Shown here: positions 43,838-58,456 of the stretch, in pieces
How positions within the stretch are numbered: position 1 is the first letter of the stretch
Layout: each line of letters begins with the position of its first letter
Source of the DNA: Eledone cirrhosa
Taxonomy: Eukaryota
Length of the DNA: 64,000 bases
Direction: 5' to 3'
Assembly (NCBI GenBank): GCA_964016885.1
Contig: OZ024740.1
Location: 164,424,001-164,488,000, forward strand
The notes under the pieces: model-generated
What the model saw: only the letters and a program-made list of their open reading frames with translations
The model's database searches: none
What the model was told of the DNA's origin: nothing
Translations under genes and position numbers: made by a program

Positions 43838-44240
43838 ATCATCATCATCTGGTCGAGCTTGCTCGGACATTCATGAGCATAGCACTAGATCAAGCATACA
43901 TGTTGGGAGGTCATTAGGGGAGCATCCTGTGTCTCTACATAGTTGGTTGATGTAAGTTAAAGCAGGTAAGCCAACCTTCCTCTGACCACTGCTAGGTGCC
44001 CAAACCAAAATATCACTAACAATTTCTTGCTTTGCTTGCCATCAATGTCCTAGAGGTCGCATTCTTCGTTCCCGCAATATTGTAGATATATGAGGGGTGA
44101 TACCATAGAGCGGGTTCTTTAGTAGGATGCTGTGCCCAGGAAATATTAAGTACAGCTCACAGCATCCGTGTATAAGTTCCATCAAGGCTGGATTCTAGTT
44201 TTTCGGTCAGTGTCCAAGTAATGACACCATGCATCAAAAC
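43838..44240 (-). mobile_element. RTE-like LINE 3' end
   Basis: Reverse strand WTLT..LES.LDGTYTRML.AVLNISW.QHP. (GAT)n tail. Confidence 0.7.
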
Positions 44241-44859
44241 CTGTCAGGTCGCTCTTGAGCACTACTGGTAACATGTAACCCAGTACGACTTGTAACCTGG
44301 TCTGGTCGTCGGTGACTAAACCGGCAACCCCACTAAGCTTGCTTGGTGAGGGGGGTGGGGTGATATTTGGACAACCTGCGGAACTAAGGAGAGTGAACGT
44401 ACATCCAATAACTTTGTTAATTCAAGTAAGGTAACAGAATCAGTTGTTTTGTCTTTCATGTCCATAGCCATGTCAATACGGATGATGAGTGTTATTGATT
44501 GTATGCTATAAAGAATTTAACGTGGTGATATGGTTACACACAAATGAAAAATTGTGACATGACTGAAAAAAAAAAAAAAAATCTTACGAGTAAGAATCGA
44601 ACCTATGATACAACTAGTCATGCTTCAGACGGACAGACACACATTTACACTATAAATGAATGCGTATACGTATATTAATACAAAAACACTCACGCACGTA
44701 CACCCCCCCATACACACATACACACACATAGGGACAGAGAGATTAGGGGTGGACTTTTATGAATTTATTTTTAAGTGAAGACATTCGTCTGTCCTTATTT
44801 CATATAACTTTCAATAGTCCTGACCTTATTCTTCAGAGAGAATATGTATATATATCAGC

Positions 44860-45484
44860 CATGGTTACCAAACGGCTAATAATTTGGGCTGTTTGTTTAC
44901 AAACAAACCGAACATTATAATAAATGTTCGGTAAACCCATACGTACATATATATATGTGTGCATGTATGTATGTATATACATACTACTGTACGTCTGTAT
45001 ACATATATGTGTGTACGTATACATACTTATATTTAAGTATCAGCCGTACTAAGAGTGAGAAATGAAATTTCATTTTTTCCATTTATCGTTTTCGGTACGC
45101 CCGGGCGACTAACTCATTCGATATGCAAATTAGGCTGCTCAGCCGTTAATATGCATAAGGAAAGAATATACTTTCAAACGTTCAATCGACTGACAGGAAG
45201 GTATACGGTGCTGATGACGGCTAATAAGCTAAAAACTAGTTCATCGTTCCTTTGTCAGTGTTGAACAAAAAGGCAACGATGGTTGCCGAACACTACGGCT
45301 AATAATTCGGGCTGTTTGTTTACAAACAAACCGAGCATTATAATAAATGTTCGGTAAATCCATACGTACATATTTATATGTCTGCATCTATTATGTACGT
45401 CTGTATAGATATATGTATGTACATATACATACTTATATTTAAGTAACAGCCATACTAAGTGTGAGAAATTAAATTTCATTTTTT

Positions 45485-45488
<4 letters not shown>
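44860..45488 (+). mobile_element. Non-coding ~1.5-mer element (423-nt unit) with decayed minimal hammerhead
   Basis: 44861-45081 repeats at 45279-45488. CGGTG-CTGATGA-C-GGCT aata AGCT-aAAAA-CTAG-TT-CATCG at 45206-45246. Flanked by (TA)n. Confidence 0.75.
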
Positions 45489-45554
<66 letters not shown>

Positions 45555-45657
45555 GCATATATATAAATTTGTGTGTGTGTGCATATATGTTATTGAATGT
45601 ATATATATATATATATATAAATATATATATATACTCTAAAAAACCCAGGAAGTACAT

Positions 45658-45805
<148 letters not shown>

Positions 45806-46171
45806 ATATAATTATATAATCTAACAAATAAAAAGTAATATAAACAAACAGAGGTGGAGCGCGGAACACGTTTGAAATGATTTTTTATTTATATATCCAT
45901 CTATTTATTAATTATTTTATTTATTCATATATTTATTTTGAGCTTTAGTACGTTTATTAAAATTGTTGGCCACTGGCATGAGATGTTGCATAAAGTACAT
46001 TAGTTTCAGTTGTGAGTTAGTGTCTTTGTGTGGAGATTTTAAATTTGATTCATTTATTAGATTTGATGTGGTATTCTCTGCAGCCTTTTCTATGTGGCGA
46101 AATATTTTATGTTCTAATAGTGTAGTGAATAATAGAGAAAATAATGTGATAATGAGATGTCTGAAGAATAT

Positions 46172-46214
<43 letters not shown>

Positions 46215-46246
46215 TATATTTATATCTATCTATCTATCTATCTATC

Positions 46247-47495
46247 TGTCGTGCCTTGTCCAGCCAAAACGCTCACCAAAGTGGAGCGCGCGCTCTTCCA
46301 ATTCCTTTGGAAGAAACGGGCTCCTTTGGTGAGAAGATCCATCTGTTGCCAACACCCTTCCAGCGGAGGGCTGGGGATGCCGTGGCTGACGATTCGCAAA
46401 CACGCGCTCCGGCTGTGACATCTCTACGTATTCCTCACCGGACAACCGGTGTGGGCCCCGTTCGTGAGGCGAGCCTTCCAACGACTCGTCTCGCTGACCG
46501 AGCTGCAGTACTGGGTCAAGCAAAGACCGAGGAAAATGGGCGACGACTGTCACATCAAATGTGCCCAGGCGCTCACAGCCCTCTGGCAGGCGGACCCGGC
46601 AATCAGTGGAGACTCCACTTCGTCATTCTATAGAGGATTGATCCGCAGCAAGTGCACGACGCACTCGGAGAAACTCTAGGCGTAGAGGAAGACGAACCGG
46701 CCAGTCTGTTCAGGAGGACCTTACGCCCGAAACCGATGGACAACTTCCAAAAGTCCCTGGCTTGGCAGTGCTACCGAGGAGCTCTACCAGTTCGAGACAA
46801 GCTCTATAGACATGGGCGCCCGGGCAGGGACCCTTCGAAAAAGATCTGTTCGAGATGCGTGCGAGATGAAGAAACCGTCGCGCACGCATTCATACACTGC
46901 CCGGGCGTTACCGACCTGTCGGGCTATGTAGAACGACTATTGTCGCGGGTGGGACCAATCCGGTTGACCACTGAGTCCACTCTCATGATCAAACCCCCAC
47001 CCTCCTTCAAAAACAAAGGAGAGGCGGTTTTCCTTTGTGTGATAGCTATGGCGAAAGAGGTTGTATGGTGGACAAGGTTAAAAGGGCTAAGGTCAGACAC
47101 CTTTCTCTCCGGCCAACAACTGATTCTTTTTTCCAAATACCACTTTGGAAGAAGAATCAGGATGGATAGAGAGGTGCTGTACCCCAGCAAGTTTTATGAA
47201 AGGTGGGTGAAAGTGGCGAGAATGGCACGAGTGAATGGGCCTTCTCTCTATATCAGCTTCTAGGTTGAGGAAAAAGAGGAAGAGGGGAAAGGGGTACAAA
47301 CTCTTCGTACTCCTGGAGATGAGGGTTGCACATTTTTTCGGGGGTATGTGTTACCCATATGAAATGTCTCCCCTATTGGGGAAAATCGATTAACTTTTAA
47401 ATTGTATTTGTGATATTTTACACATTTTTATTGTATGTAAATTTCCCTCTTTGTATTTGTCCCCTTCTTTTGTGGCCCTGTGGCTAATAAAGAAA
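46247..47495 (+). mobile_element. Tx1/L1-clade LINE 3' fragment
   Basis: GGLGMPW, ALPVRDKL, CSRC..ETVAHAFIHC. Ends ctaataaagaa within (TCTA)n. Confidence 0.88.
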
Positions 47496-47532
47496 CATAT
47501 CTATCTATCTATCTCTCTCTATCTTTACATAA

Positions 47533-47612
<80 letters not shown>

Positions 47613-47629
47613 ACACACACACACGCACG

Positions 47630-47664
<35 letters not shown>

Positions 47665-48181
47665 TATATATATATGTATATATCGATTTATATGTTGCGT
47701 TGTATCTATGTTAGCATTCTCATTTGGCTTGAGCTATTAAATTTTTAGAAAAGCCACTAGTGTTTCATTTGTAGAGTGACTAAATGCTCTTCTACACTGC
47801 GATTTTTGCACTGATGTTTTGTATTATAATAATATAGATCTGGTATTCATAAGATCTATTTAATTATATCGATTTATTTGTGTTAGTTATAAACGGATGT
47901 GATGTATCTGCAATTTTGTCTAGAAATAGAGTAATGTTTGTGCTGTCAAAAAAGCAGTTTTGGTTCGGAGATGGTTCGGAGAGGGTCTGAGATCTTTTAT
48001 TTCCTTAACTTCTGCTGTGGCTATTACATCGAGAATATCGCCCATATAATTGGTCTATATTTATGGAAGTTTTTGTTTTTATATGTATATTTCTAAAATG
48101 ATATCAGTTTTTGTCAATTGTGACCCCGCAGAACGCTGTGAAGGTGGACTTTAAGAGAGAATCCATGTCTACCTTGTATTA

Positions 48182-48359
48182 TGGCAGTATCGGTAAAGGG
48201 TCGGACGCCATGCTTTCCAGCATAGTTACGTCCCTTTACGATCTGAGTTCAAATCCCGCCGAGGTTGACTTTGCCTTTCATCCTTACGGGGTCGGTAAAA
48301 TAAAGTACCAGTAATGCACTGGGTAATTGCTGGCCTTGTGCCTAAAGTAGAAACAATTA
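48182..48359 (+). mobile_element. tRNA-derived SINE
   Basis: A-box, B-box and tail match the family. Confidence 0.9.
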
Positions 48360-48897
48360 TTATGTGCAAGCAAAATGTACATATGTTGTACAAGACACTA
48401 TAAATTCTTTCGAATATTAGATAATATCACAGGTTGTAATTTTCGAATGTTTATAAATAAGTGTTCTTCGTTTAATTTGTTGTCTAAGTCAAATTTCTAA
48501 GAACGTTTTGAATGATCATTAACGGTTTCTCTCTGATATGTATATTTTAATAATATTACGTAAATGTTTAATCGTATTGTTTAAAAAACGCTAAAGATTT
48601 GATTGCTTGGTGATCTTTGGTGTTGATGTACTTATTTGAAATATTATGGGTCTATGGACGTTATTTTATTTGTTGTATATTTACGGTTTCATAGTTATGT
48701 GGTGGAGTATTACTTCTTCAATGCGGAGAAAGTTAAGAGCTCATTTTGGGATGCACCAATCTTACGTACTTTATGCAGCTTAACCTTTAAACGAATGCTG
48801 CTGTTTATCGTGCAGTGGTGGTGAATTTAAAGTATAACCATAGAAATTTTTTAAGACGAATGTTGAACCCTTATACGTCGACATACGACGGGAAGGT

Positions 48898-48980
<83 letters not shown>

Positions 48981-49199
48981 ATTTGTGTTGGTGTTCTGAA
49001 ATACCAATGTCTATATGAATATTGCATATTTAATAAAATACTGTATGTTTATAAAATACTGTATGTTTATTTAAAAACATTTTGAAAGCCATTAGCTATG
49101 AATTTTCCCTTTGTTTTTGCTAAAGCCGTGTATGTGACTTTACTCACTATCTTAAATTCATAGGGGAATGCCTTCAAAATATTTTTAAATAAACATACA

Positions 49200-49272
<73 letters not shown>

Positions 49273-50151
49273 ATGTAAATAGTGAATCCATCTATAGAAA
49301 CCAGAAGATACTAAAATGTTCGAGGTATGCTATTTCTGAATGAGCGTTTACGTACAGAATCTACAATGGAGATATTGAAGAACATCTTGTTTCCAATAAT
49401 ATTTACATATGTACCGTAAGGTGTCATTTAATTTCAATTTAGCCAAAATTGAGCAAATCAATGATCAAAAGTTTTCTGGTCGTGACAATCGTGATTTTGG
49501 TTTGTTCAGTGTAAGGCTATATGGTTTGCATGTGATTTCTTTGGTTTGAAGTAACCTCTCATCCACCATCTAAGAAATCGATAAATAACGACATTCAAGC
49601 CCTAACCAAGCAGTATGTATAGGGTTTTGTATGAATACATTATCTAAATTGTATTTTCCTTATTTAATATGGTAAGATGAGAATTAAGGGAGGTTTAACC
49701 TGCTAATCGAGTGACTGCTGAAGGACTCCCTCAATAGCTAATGGTATCTAAGTGCTACATGTCTACAACAACTTATCGTCACCTCTTCATATCACTACAG
49801 ATTTCAGTTATGGTTATGTATTGTGAGTAGTTTCAAGGGAGAGTAATTTTGGCTATTATGTATGTTAGAAGAAGAGCTGAACCTATATCTAACCCTGGAT
49901 ATGAAATACTATCAAAACAAGGTTATTGCTTAATGTACATGTATATATATGTGTGTGACTGTTTATCTGTCTGTTTGTGATTGTGTTTGCATGGATTTGA
50001 ATCCTGTGTTTTGGAGTGCTTCAAGTAGGAAATGCAACGAAACAACTGATGCGCTGTAATTCAAAGATGCACGCGTTGCACATTGGTCAGAGGACAGAAC
50101 AGAATGAAATGACCAATTCAGAGTTGAGTATAGAAAAGAAAAGACAGAAAA

Positions 50152-50184
<33 letters not shown>

Positions 50185-50230
<46 letters not shown>

Positions 50231-50410
50231 AAGAAAAAGAGAAATAAGGGCATTGCGAGAGAGGGAAAGAAATGGAATGAGTAATGGAAAGAAGACCGGC
50301 AAATATATATATATATATATATATTTGCCGGTCTTCTTTCCATTACTCATTCCATTTCTTTCCCTCTCTCGCAATGCCCTTATTTCTCTTTTTCTTTCTT
50401 TCTCTCTTTT

Positions 50411-50445
<35 letters not shown>
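50185..50445. repeat. Near-perfect palindrome centred on (AT)n
   Basis: 50220-50303 is the exact reverse complement of 50323-50407, extending into (GA)n/(TC)n. Confidence 0.9.
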
Positions 50446-50447
50446 CT

Positions 50448-50478
<31 letters not shown>

Positions 50479-50842
50479 TTATGCATGTATGCACATATAT
50501 AAAGTGGAAAGAGAGTAAGAGAGAGAAAGAGAGTAAGAGAGAGAAAGAGAGTAAGAGAGAGAAAGAAGAGAGATAGAGAGGTAAGGGTAGACAAAGAAAT
50601 ATTACATCTGTATTAAATGCCAATGCATGGAAAGGAAACGGCATATTAAGAGAGGAAGGTCAGAAGGTGTGTGCGGGGAAAATGATAAATGGACAGATAG
50701 CAATCTCACCTCTATATTGGAATCTGTTTTTAACAGGTTTATTTCCTTCCAGACAAATACTAATTATTGCAGTTATGATGTTCACTTGATCTTAATTTCA
50801 AAGAATTCAATTTCACCCATACATACAAGTATTCGTCACAAA

Positions 50843-50875
<33 letters not shown>

Positions 50876-50886
50876 TTGTGCACGCT

Positions 50887-50929
<43 letters not shown>

Positions 50930-52976
50930 TATGTGTGGGAGGCATGCACAAGATTGTGTATGCTCTTATACTTTCTTAAATGGAGAAACATACATAGATG
51001 TATGTATAAACATAGTGTATATGCTTCATATTCGCCTCTATTAATGTATATATACATATATACATGTGTGCGTGTGTGAGTTTGTATATACCTACACCCC
51101 AATATGTACATATAACATGGTATTTTCTAACATAGCCACACAACCTTTCATACAGAACATCCATAGATCTATATTTACTTGAACATATTAAATATTTAGT
51201 ATTTGTGATGGGAAGAAAGCAGGCTGGTCAAAAGATTAAGTGTACCTAAACACATGGAACAATGTCTTTTATTATATCTGATGAGAAATGAGAAATGTTA
51301 ATGTAGATGCAAACTATGTTTAACGATAATGATAATTAATTTGCTTAGTGGCGTCCCTTTGTGATTCATCTGTTCCTGAAGCTAGCTTCGCGTTTTGAAA
51401 GGCCGGAGATTTAGTGTTAACCACGCAGCTAGATTAATATTTAGAGTTAGTGGATGGACAATTAATTGTTAGAATATGACGTGTGCAATAAAATGATCTT
51501 CGTTCATTTGCTTACGGCAATATGAATTTCTTAAGTGTTATCAACTATAATATCAGAGAATATATTAGGAATAAAGGTTTTTATTAAATCTGTACGCAAT
51601 AATGATTGGTTGCTATCATTGTTCGTTTTACTGTGAATTAGTTTTAGACTTTGAAAATGTTGTTGTAGTTATTATTAATATTTTATTATTATTATTATTT
51701 AATAGGTGTATTTTCATTGATTTCTCTCATTGCATTTCGAAGTAGTGCTTTGTATGTATTGGGTATGTGCAATTTTCTGTTAATTCTAAGGTATTAGAAC
51801 TACTCCCTGTAATATGTATGCAGTGACTAGTATTCTCCGTATGCTCCGCATATTTGTATATACTGACCTTTTTCATAAGCATATGTTTAATCTTCCACAT
51901 TATGGTGAGCTCTATTTCAGATACTTTTATACTTTTATAATGTCTCTTCTTCGAGGAATCTTCTATCATTTGTTGAAACTGATACATCAATAAGGAGGCA
52001 CTTTCTATTATATGTGGTCTTTCACAACAATAACCGTCCGATTGGCCTTCCTAACCTTATCTGTGAGGATAGGCCTATCCCAAACTATGCTCGCTTTCCC
52101 GTTTTCTAAGAGTTGTTTTATGTATATTTCTGCATCCTCTTTTCTAGATATTCTAGATATCTTTTCTAATGATGGCGTAACTTCGACCTTCTTCTGTCCC
52201 TGTAGTTGATCTCGAAGATCTCATTAATACTCTCCTTATCCCCCCTCCCTTCTTTTATTCTTCTCTAGGATAATCGACTCTCTTTCAAGTTCCTCCTTGT
52301 TCACCTCATTCATCACAATTTCACCAGTCTCATGCATTTCATCCTCATCTACGACATTTCTTCAAACTTGACCTGGCGAATTCAAAGCCTCATGATTGAA
52401 AGATCCATGCAGATCCAAGCATCCCCACAGCAGAAATGTAAGAATCGTCTACGTAATCAACCAATTTGTTATAGATACCATCAAAATATGGACCAAAACA
52501 AACCCACAGTCTTAATAAAAGAAGTGCATATTATATGACATGATCCTAGATACAACTATAATAAATTAGGTGCTAGTAAGGTGTTGCAAATTTCTGGTAA
52601 CGTTTTTTAACTTCATTAAGAAGATTTATATTTTAAGGAGGTTAATGTCATTGCAAGAAAGCCAAATTAGAAATACCGAGAGCGCCTGAATAAGACCTTG
52701 AAGAATGGAAGAAATATATTGATCTACAAGTGAAAGCAATTTGCATTTAATATATTTTTCTTTTGTCCTGAGATCAAATTCGTCCATCATCAGGATGGGT
52801 TTAATCAATTATTTCCTCTACTTATTATTAAAAATCGATGTGCCCATACGCCAAGAGATCAATGTGCCATGGCAAGAAATTGATTACAAATAGAAGTTTG
52901 GATTCAAGAAACATACACCTGGGCATTTGAAATTATAGACGCTACTGACATCATACTAATTTGATGTAATATAACA

Positions 52977-53158
52977 TAATTGTTTCTACTTTTGGTACCA
53001 GGCCAGCAATTACTCAGTGCATTACTGGTACTTTATTTTATCGATCTCGTAAGGATGAAAGGCAAAGTTAACCTTGGCGGAATGAACTCAGAATAGCAAG
53101 GGCCGTAACTCTATGAATCAAAGCATGGCGTTCTACTCTCTACCAATACTGTCAATCC
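52977..53158 (-). mobile_element. tRNA-derived SINE
   Basis: Reverse-strand match to the family. Confidence 0.85.
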
Positions 53159-53207
53159 ATATAATATAATATAGTATAATATATGTGTTTATATATATAT
53201 ATATATA

Positions 53208-53334
<127 letters not shown>

Positions 53335-53399
53335 CGATGTCATGGTCTGGATATAGCAAGTGGGGAAAAAATTCAATCAGCTGAGACTATCTTTGCAAG

Positions 53400-53810
53400 T
53401 TCAAGAACCGAAACACTCATTAGAAGTTTTCGGGTGATAAGAAGCTACACAAAAGGAAAACCTTGTATAGCTTGTCGTAATCGTTTGGAACGATTTAATA
53501 CAATGGCATTTGAGGAAACCTTCTCCATGAGCCAACTTGGTGAAAGCAACGGACAGGCTTCTACTATCACTGAGAGAAGTGTTCATGTCGTAAAGGATGT
53601 TTGTACGCTATGAGTTTGATTTATAAGGAGCTGTGGAATACCAGACTTTAGAAGCAACGACACAATGTAATCTGTGATCAATAGCACATAGACAAATTAT
53701 GAGTAAATGACACTGGTTAAAATGTACGGGCTGGAGTGGGTTCTCCGGACCTTATTGGAAGAATTGAACTCAGCTCTAAAAGTTAAAGACCTACTTGTGA
53801 ATTTTACAAT
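53400..53810 (+). mobile_element. Very decayed mariner transposase remnant
   Basis: G.ASTIT...V..V followed by EWVLRTL (degenerate WVPxxL). Confidence 0.4.
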
Positions 53811-55629
53811 GTGGGTGCTACATAGACCAGGTGTAGACAAACTTGTCTTTCATTGTATCGATTGCATGTAGCTAGCTGATCCTCGCTGTTTAAATGCTTC
53901 GACAGTAGATACATAGATAGCAATGCAAGTAATATAATACATGCTTTCAGACACTGGATTATTTGAGTGGTGATGCATATAGACCTGGTCACCCATGATC
54001 TCATTACAATACACTATTTTGATATTATTCAACGCGAAACCAGCTCATACCAGCGTTCTATGTCACAGATACTACGGAAGAGGGGAGATAGTAAATATCT
54101 GTGCTCTCATCCTGAAACAAGATTATCATTGTATGACAGTATGTATGGTATGGTCTACAGCTGGAGGAAGAGATGTTATATATGGAACTGTAGACAATAA
54201 TTTCTCGACTATATTATTAGCGTGGGGTAGTATGGAAAACGAAGAAGAAGAAGAAGGAGATGAAGAAGAAAAACTACAATAACAACAGCAACACTAGCAA
54301 GAGCAAGAACAACATCATCTGTAGTTGTGTCGCCTTTACATTTTATGTCTTTCTTCGTAAAATATTTTAACAAAAAATAAAATCAGCACTAAAAGATGAT
54401 TAAAGGTTCCTTATATCAGAACACTGCCGACACATTTGTTGTTGAACAGGGTACAGTCGATTAACATCCATTCCAGTATATTGCTGGTGCCAATTGTATC
54501 GACCCCCGGGGAGGATGAGAAACAAGTTAACCAGAGTGGGGTTGTGCAACTCTACCGCGTTAGCAAATCTGTAAAATAGAGTACCGCAGATAATAGAAAT
54601 TACTGATGTCTTATATCAGCACGCGTATTTATATGTTTAGAAGAAGTGAAAATGAGGTATTGTGGCTTTCAGACATTTCCTAAAGCTACGTGTGATCTAA
54701 ATAGAAAGAAATAGCTTAAATTAGGATTCGTTATCGGGCCGCTGCTTTAGTATACCAGGAGCCTGCTTTTCTGTTTTCCGTTGCAATGCCATCAACTAAT
54801 TACCGTAAAACACTCATTACCAATACACACATATGTAGGTGTGGTGTTTAGAAAATAGCACTACAATTAAGGAGGCAGATGAAATCTTCACAAAAGAGAC
54901 TAATAAAGTTATATAAAGAAAATAGAATGTTTCTCCTCCGCGCACTTATTTAACACATCTCCGCTATTCTTCAACATTTGGCAAGCTAAATAGAAGGCAT
55001 ATTCCCTTGCAAATTCACGCAAGTCGTCTCTATTTCAACGCCCCGATCATAGACATTCTCTTGTACTCAGCTTAAAGTCTTACGATAAAATGCACACACA
55101 AATACACGCACATACACATATGTCAATCTACATATATATGCACAAATTACATAGGTATAATTAAACAGACACCCACACACACAAACACACAGACATACGC
55201 ACATACATACATAGATACACACACACATACACACAAACACGCACATATACACACACACATACACACACACATACACACAAACACACACACATACACACAC
55301 ATACACACACATACACACACATACACACAAATATATATATTTTAGTTTAGTGTTGAGGGATGAGATAAAGCGCACAGAGTGCTCTATGTGAAAGAAATAA
55401 AGCTAAAATATTTTAGTTATCATCTTCATCACAAAAGGGTTACTAGCGCTGGTTTCTAATTGTACATCTACTCATTTCCATTCATAGTTTTCGTTCATGC
55501 AACTATAAACAATGCTAGTTGATGCTATTACCTTGAGATATCGTTAGGTGCAAGTTGCATAAACCTATGGCTTAATTAATTTATTTTTGTTTTTCCTGAT
55601 ACAGGGGGAATAACTTGCTAAAATTATAG

Positions 55630-55790
55630 TTGGTGAATTGGCAGTATCGGTAGAGGGTTGGACGCCATGCTTTCTAGCAAAGTTACGTCCCTTTACGGTC
55701 TGAGTTCAAATCCTGTCGAAGGTCAATAAAATAAAGTACCAGTAATGTACTGGGTAATTGCTGGCCTTGTGCCAAAAGTAGAAACAATTA
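55630..55790 (+). mobile_element. tRNA-derived SINE with internal deletion
   Basis: ggtgaattggcagtatcgg...gagttcaaatcc...gtagaaacaat. Confidence 0.85.
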
Positions 55791-56567
55791 TAGTTAATCA
55801 ACTCTTAAATGTTTTTCCTAATTAAGGAGGAATGTCTCCTGCTAATATTATAGTTAATTAAATGAGTTAAGGTGAACATTGGAGTCAAATACTAATTAGG
55901 TGTCTATATGCCTATCTTGGTGTGAAGTTCTCTAATGTTTTTGTGGATTTGTGATATTACTGTGAAATTGGTTGTTAAGCGTATTGTCATAGGACAATGA
56001 TTATTTGAATATGTCCTACGTGTGCGCGTCTGTATGTATAGAGCTATGCCGGAGTAACATTTTAATTCTACTTTTAAATTGGGCCTACTTATATAGCTTC
56101 ATATGCTTTCGGAAAAAAAATATTTTCGCCTTTTTCAAATTCCAACAGTAAGCAAGTGGAAGCATTGTCCTGGTAAGAGCCAGAGCTCAAAATGCATCGA
56201 CAATTATCCTCCGCTGCTTCTGCTGGAATCCGCTAGACGGTGCTGGTCGTCAGTCTTTCTATTCATAACCCGGCTTTCAAAATATTTATTTATTAAACAT
56301 AACGTATATCTTTAGATATACGAAATTGACATGCACGCGCGCACACACACACATACATACATACATACACACATATATATATATATATATATATCTACTA
56401 CCCTAAGTATTGAGTACTCTGGTGCGTTATGATCCATCTGGTTCCTTACCACAATTCCTTCGTTATATATATATATATATATATAATATATATATATATA
56501 ATATAGAAATAGCTTCTACAGGAAATCATCACGACGCCCTGTGGTTACCCCCGATTGTACCCGGGAT

Positions 56568-56647
<80 letters not shown>

Positions 56648-57146
56648 AGAAACAAAAGTGTTTTTCTTATTTTCTTCTCTTTTTTTCTGGGTTAGAAAAT
56701 GTTAAAAATAAAATATTTTACTTTGTGTGAAGTGTTAAGGTATTAGTTAATTTATTTATTAATTAACAATACCAATAATTAATTAATTTATTAATTTATT
56801 TATCTAATGATTATCAATTACCGGTTTCACCATTTTATTCATTATCAAATTATGTGAGTTAGAGAGAAAAAAAGGGGAATTTGTATTGGTTAAGGTGATG
56901 TTGAACATGTTATTGAAATGGGAAGGAAAGAATAATATTATTTACAAACAAGGTTTTTGAAGTAAAAAAAAGGGTGATGTAGAACATAATGGGAAAGAAA
57001 TAATGATATTATTAACCAGCATTGTTTTTTTAAGATAAGCAGTTAAAAAAATGTTATTATGGTACGAAAGCTTAAAGAAGTTGATCCATGATAGAGGCAA
57101 ATGTCCGCCATACATACATACATACATACATACATACATACATACA

Positions 57147-57180
<34 letters not shown>

Positions 57181-57731
57181 CATATATACATACATATATA
57201 TATGAGGGCAATTCATAATACATGGTATAATATAATATATTTGCCAAGATTAGGTACTCCGTCGTATCAAATGTTATTTACCATGACATTGGGGCGACCA
57301 ATGTCTATTGAGTGACAGTGGGTAGATGGACACTGTTTCAATGTTCATAGAATGAGCTACATCAGTTATTCAAGGCCAGCCTTCTGCTACCCTGTGTTAC
57401 TTTGAATTACCGCGAATTATTTTAAGGGTACATGTTTTTGGAATGCTCAGTCACTTATGCGTTAGTTTCAGTAGTTTTTTGTTTACTTATTAGTATCGTT
57501 CTTCTTCCTTCTTCTTCTTCTTCTTCTTCTTCTTCTTCTTCTTCTTCTTCTTCTTTCTCACATACTTCTGTATATCTCACTAACGTTTTCGCATTTCCTC
57601 TCTGTGTGTTAAGCCTCGTTATGTCAGCATGTTTGTCTCTGAATTTATGTGTATGAGGTTACGCATGAGTTTGTGTGCATGTGTGTGCAAGTGTGTGTGT
57701 GTGTCTGTGTATGTGTGTGTGTGTGTGTGTG

Positions 57732-57825
<94 letters not shown>

Positions 57826-58157
57826 CGCGTGCGTGTGTGTGTGTGTTGGATGTATTCACTTTGCTCTTTAGAATGCAGATTAGTCACATATGGATGACAT
57901 TTGCATAGATGCCGCTACAAACGTTTTGATTGAACTACGGACTATTTCAGTCTGACATCGTGTGGAGGAACCCAGTAGGAAAAGCAGAAAAGATTGGCAA
58001 AAATATACATATAGACAATCATAAAGACACTTACACAACCATATACAAACATGTACGTACACTCAGGCAGCTACACATACACATACGTCCTTAGAAACTT
58101 AAAGAGTTTTCATCTCCGTAGAAGTAATGGTCTGGTGTTAACCCTAATTGCTCATTC

Positions 58158-58246
<89 letters not shown>

Positions 58247-58456
58247 TGTATATATATATATACATATATATATATATGAATGTATATATAGTGTTTTGCA
58301 ATACACTGTATGCTTAATTAAAAGCATTTCGAAGACCTTACGCTATTGTTTTAGAGTAGTGACAGTCTCACTTACTTTAAATTTTCAGCAAACAGGGGAG
58401 ATAAAGCTGACAGAGCTCTGTTTCATACTGATTGGTACTTATCAAAGCCAAGTATC

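Noticed and set aside
51730-52400. Possible LINE ORF1 remnant on the minus strand
   Set aside because: Too degenerate to assign from motifs.
56130-56260. Minus-strand CTGACGA near GC-rich hairpins
   Set aside because: No GAAA closing a stem II in the right place.
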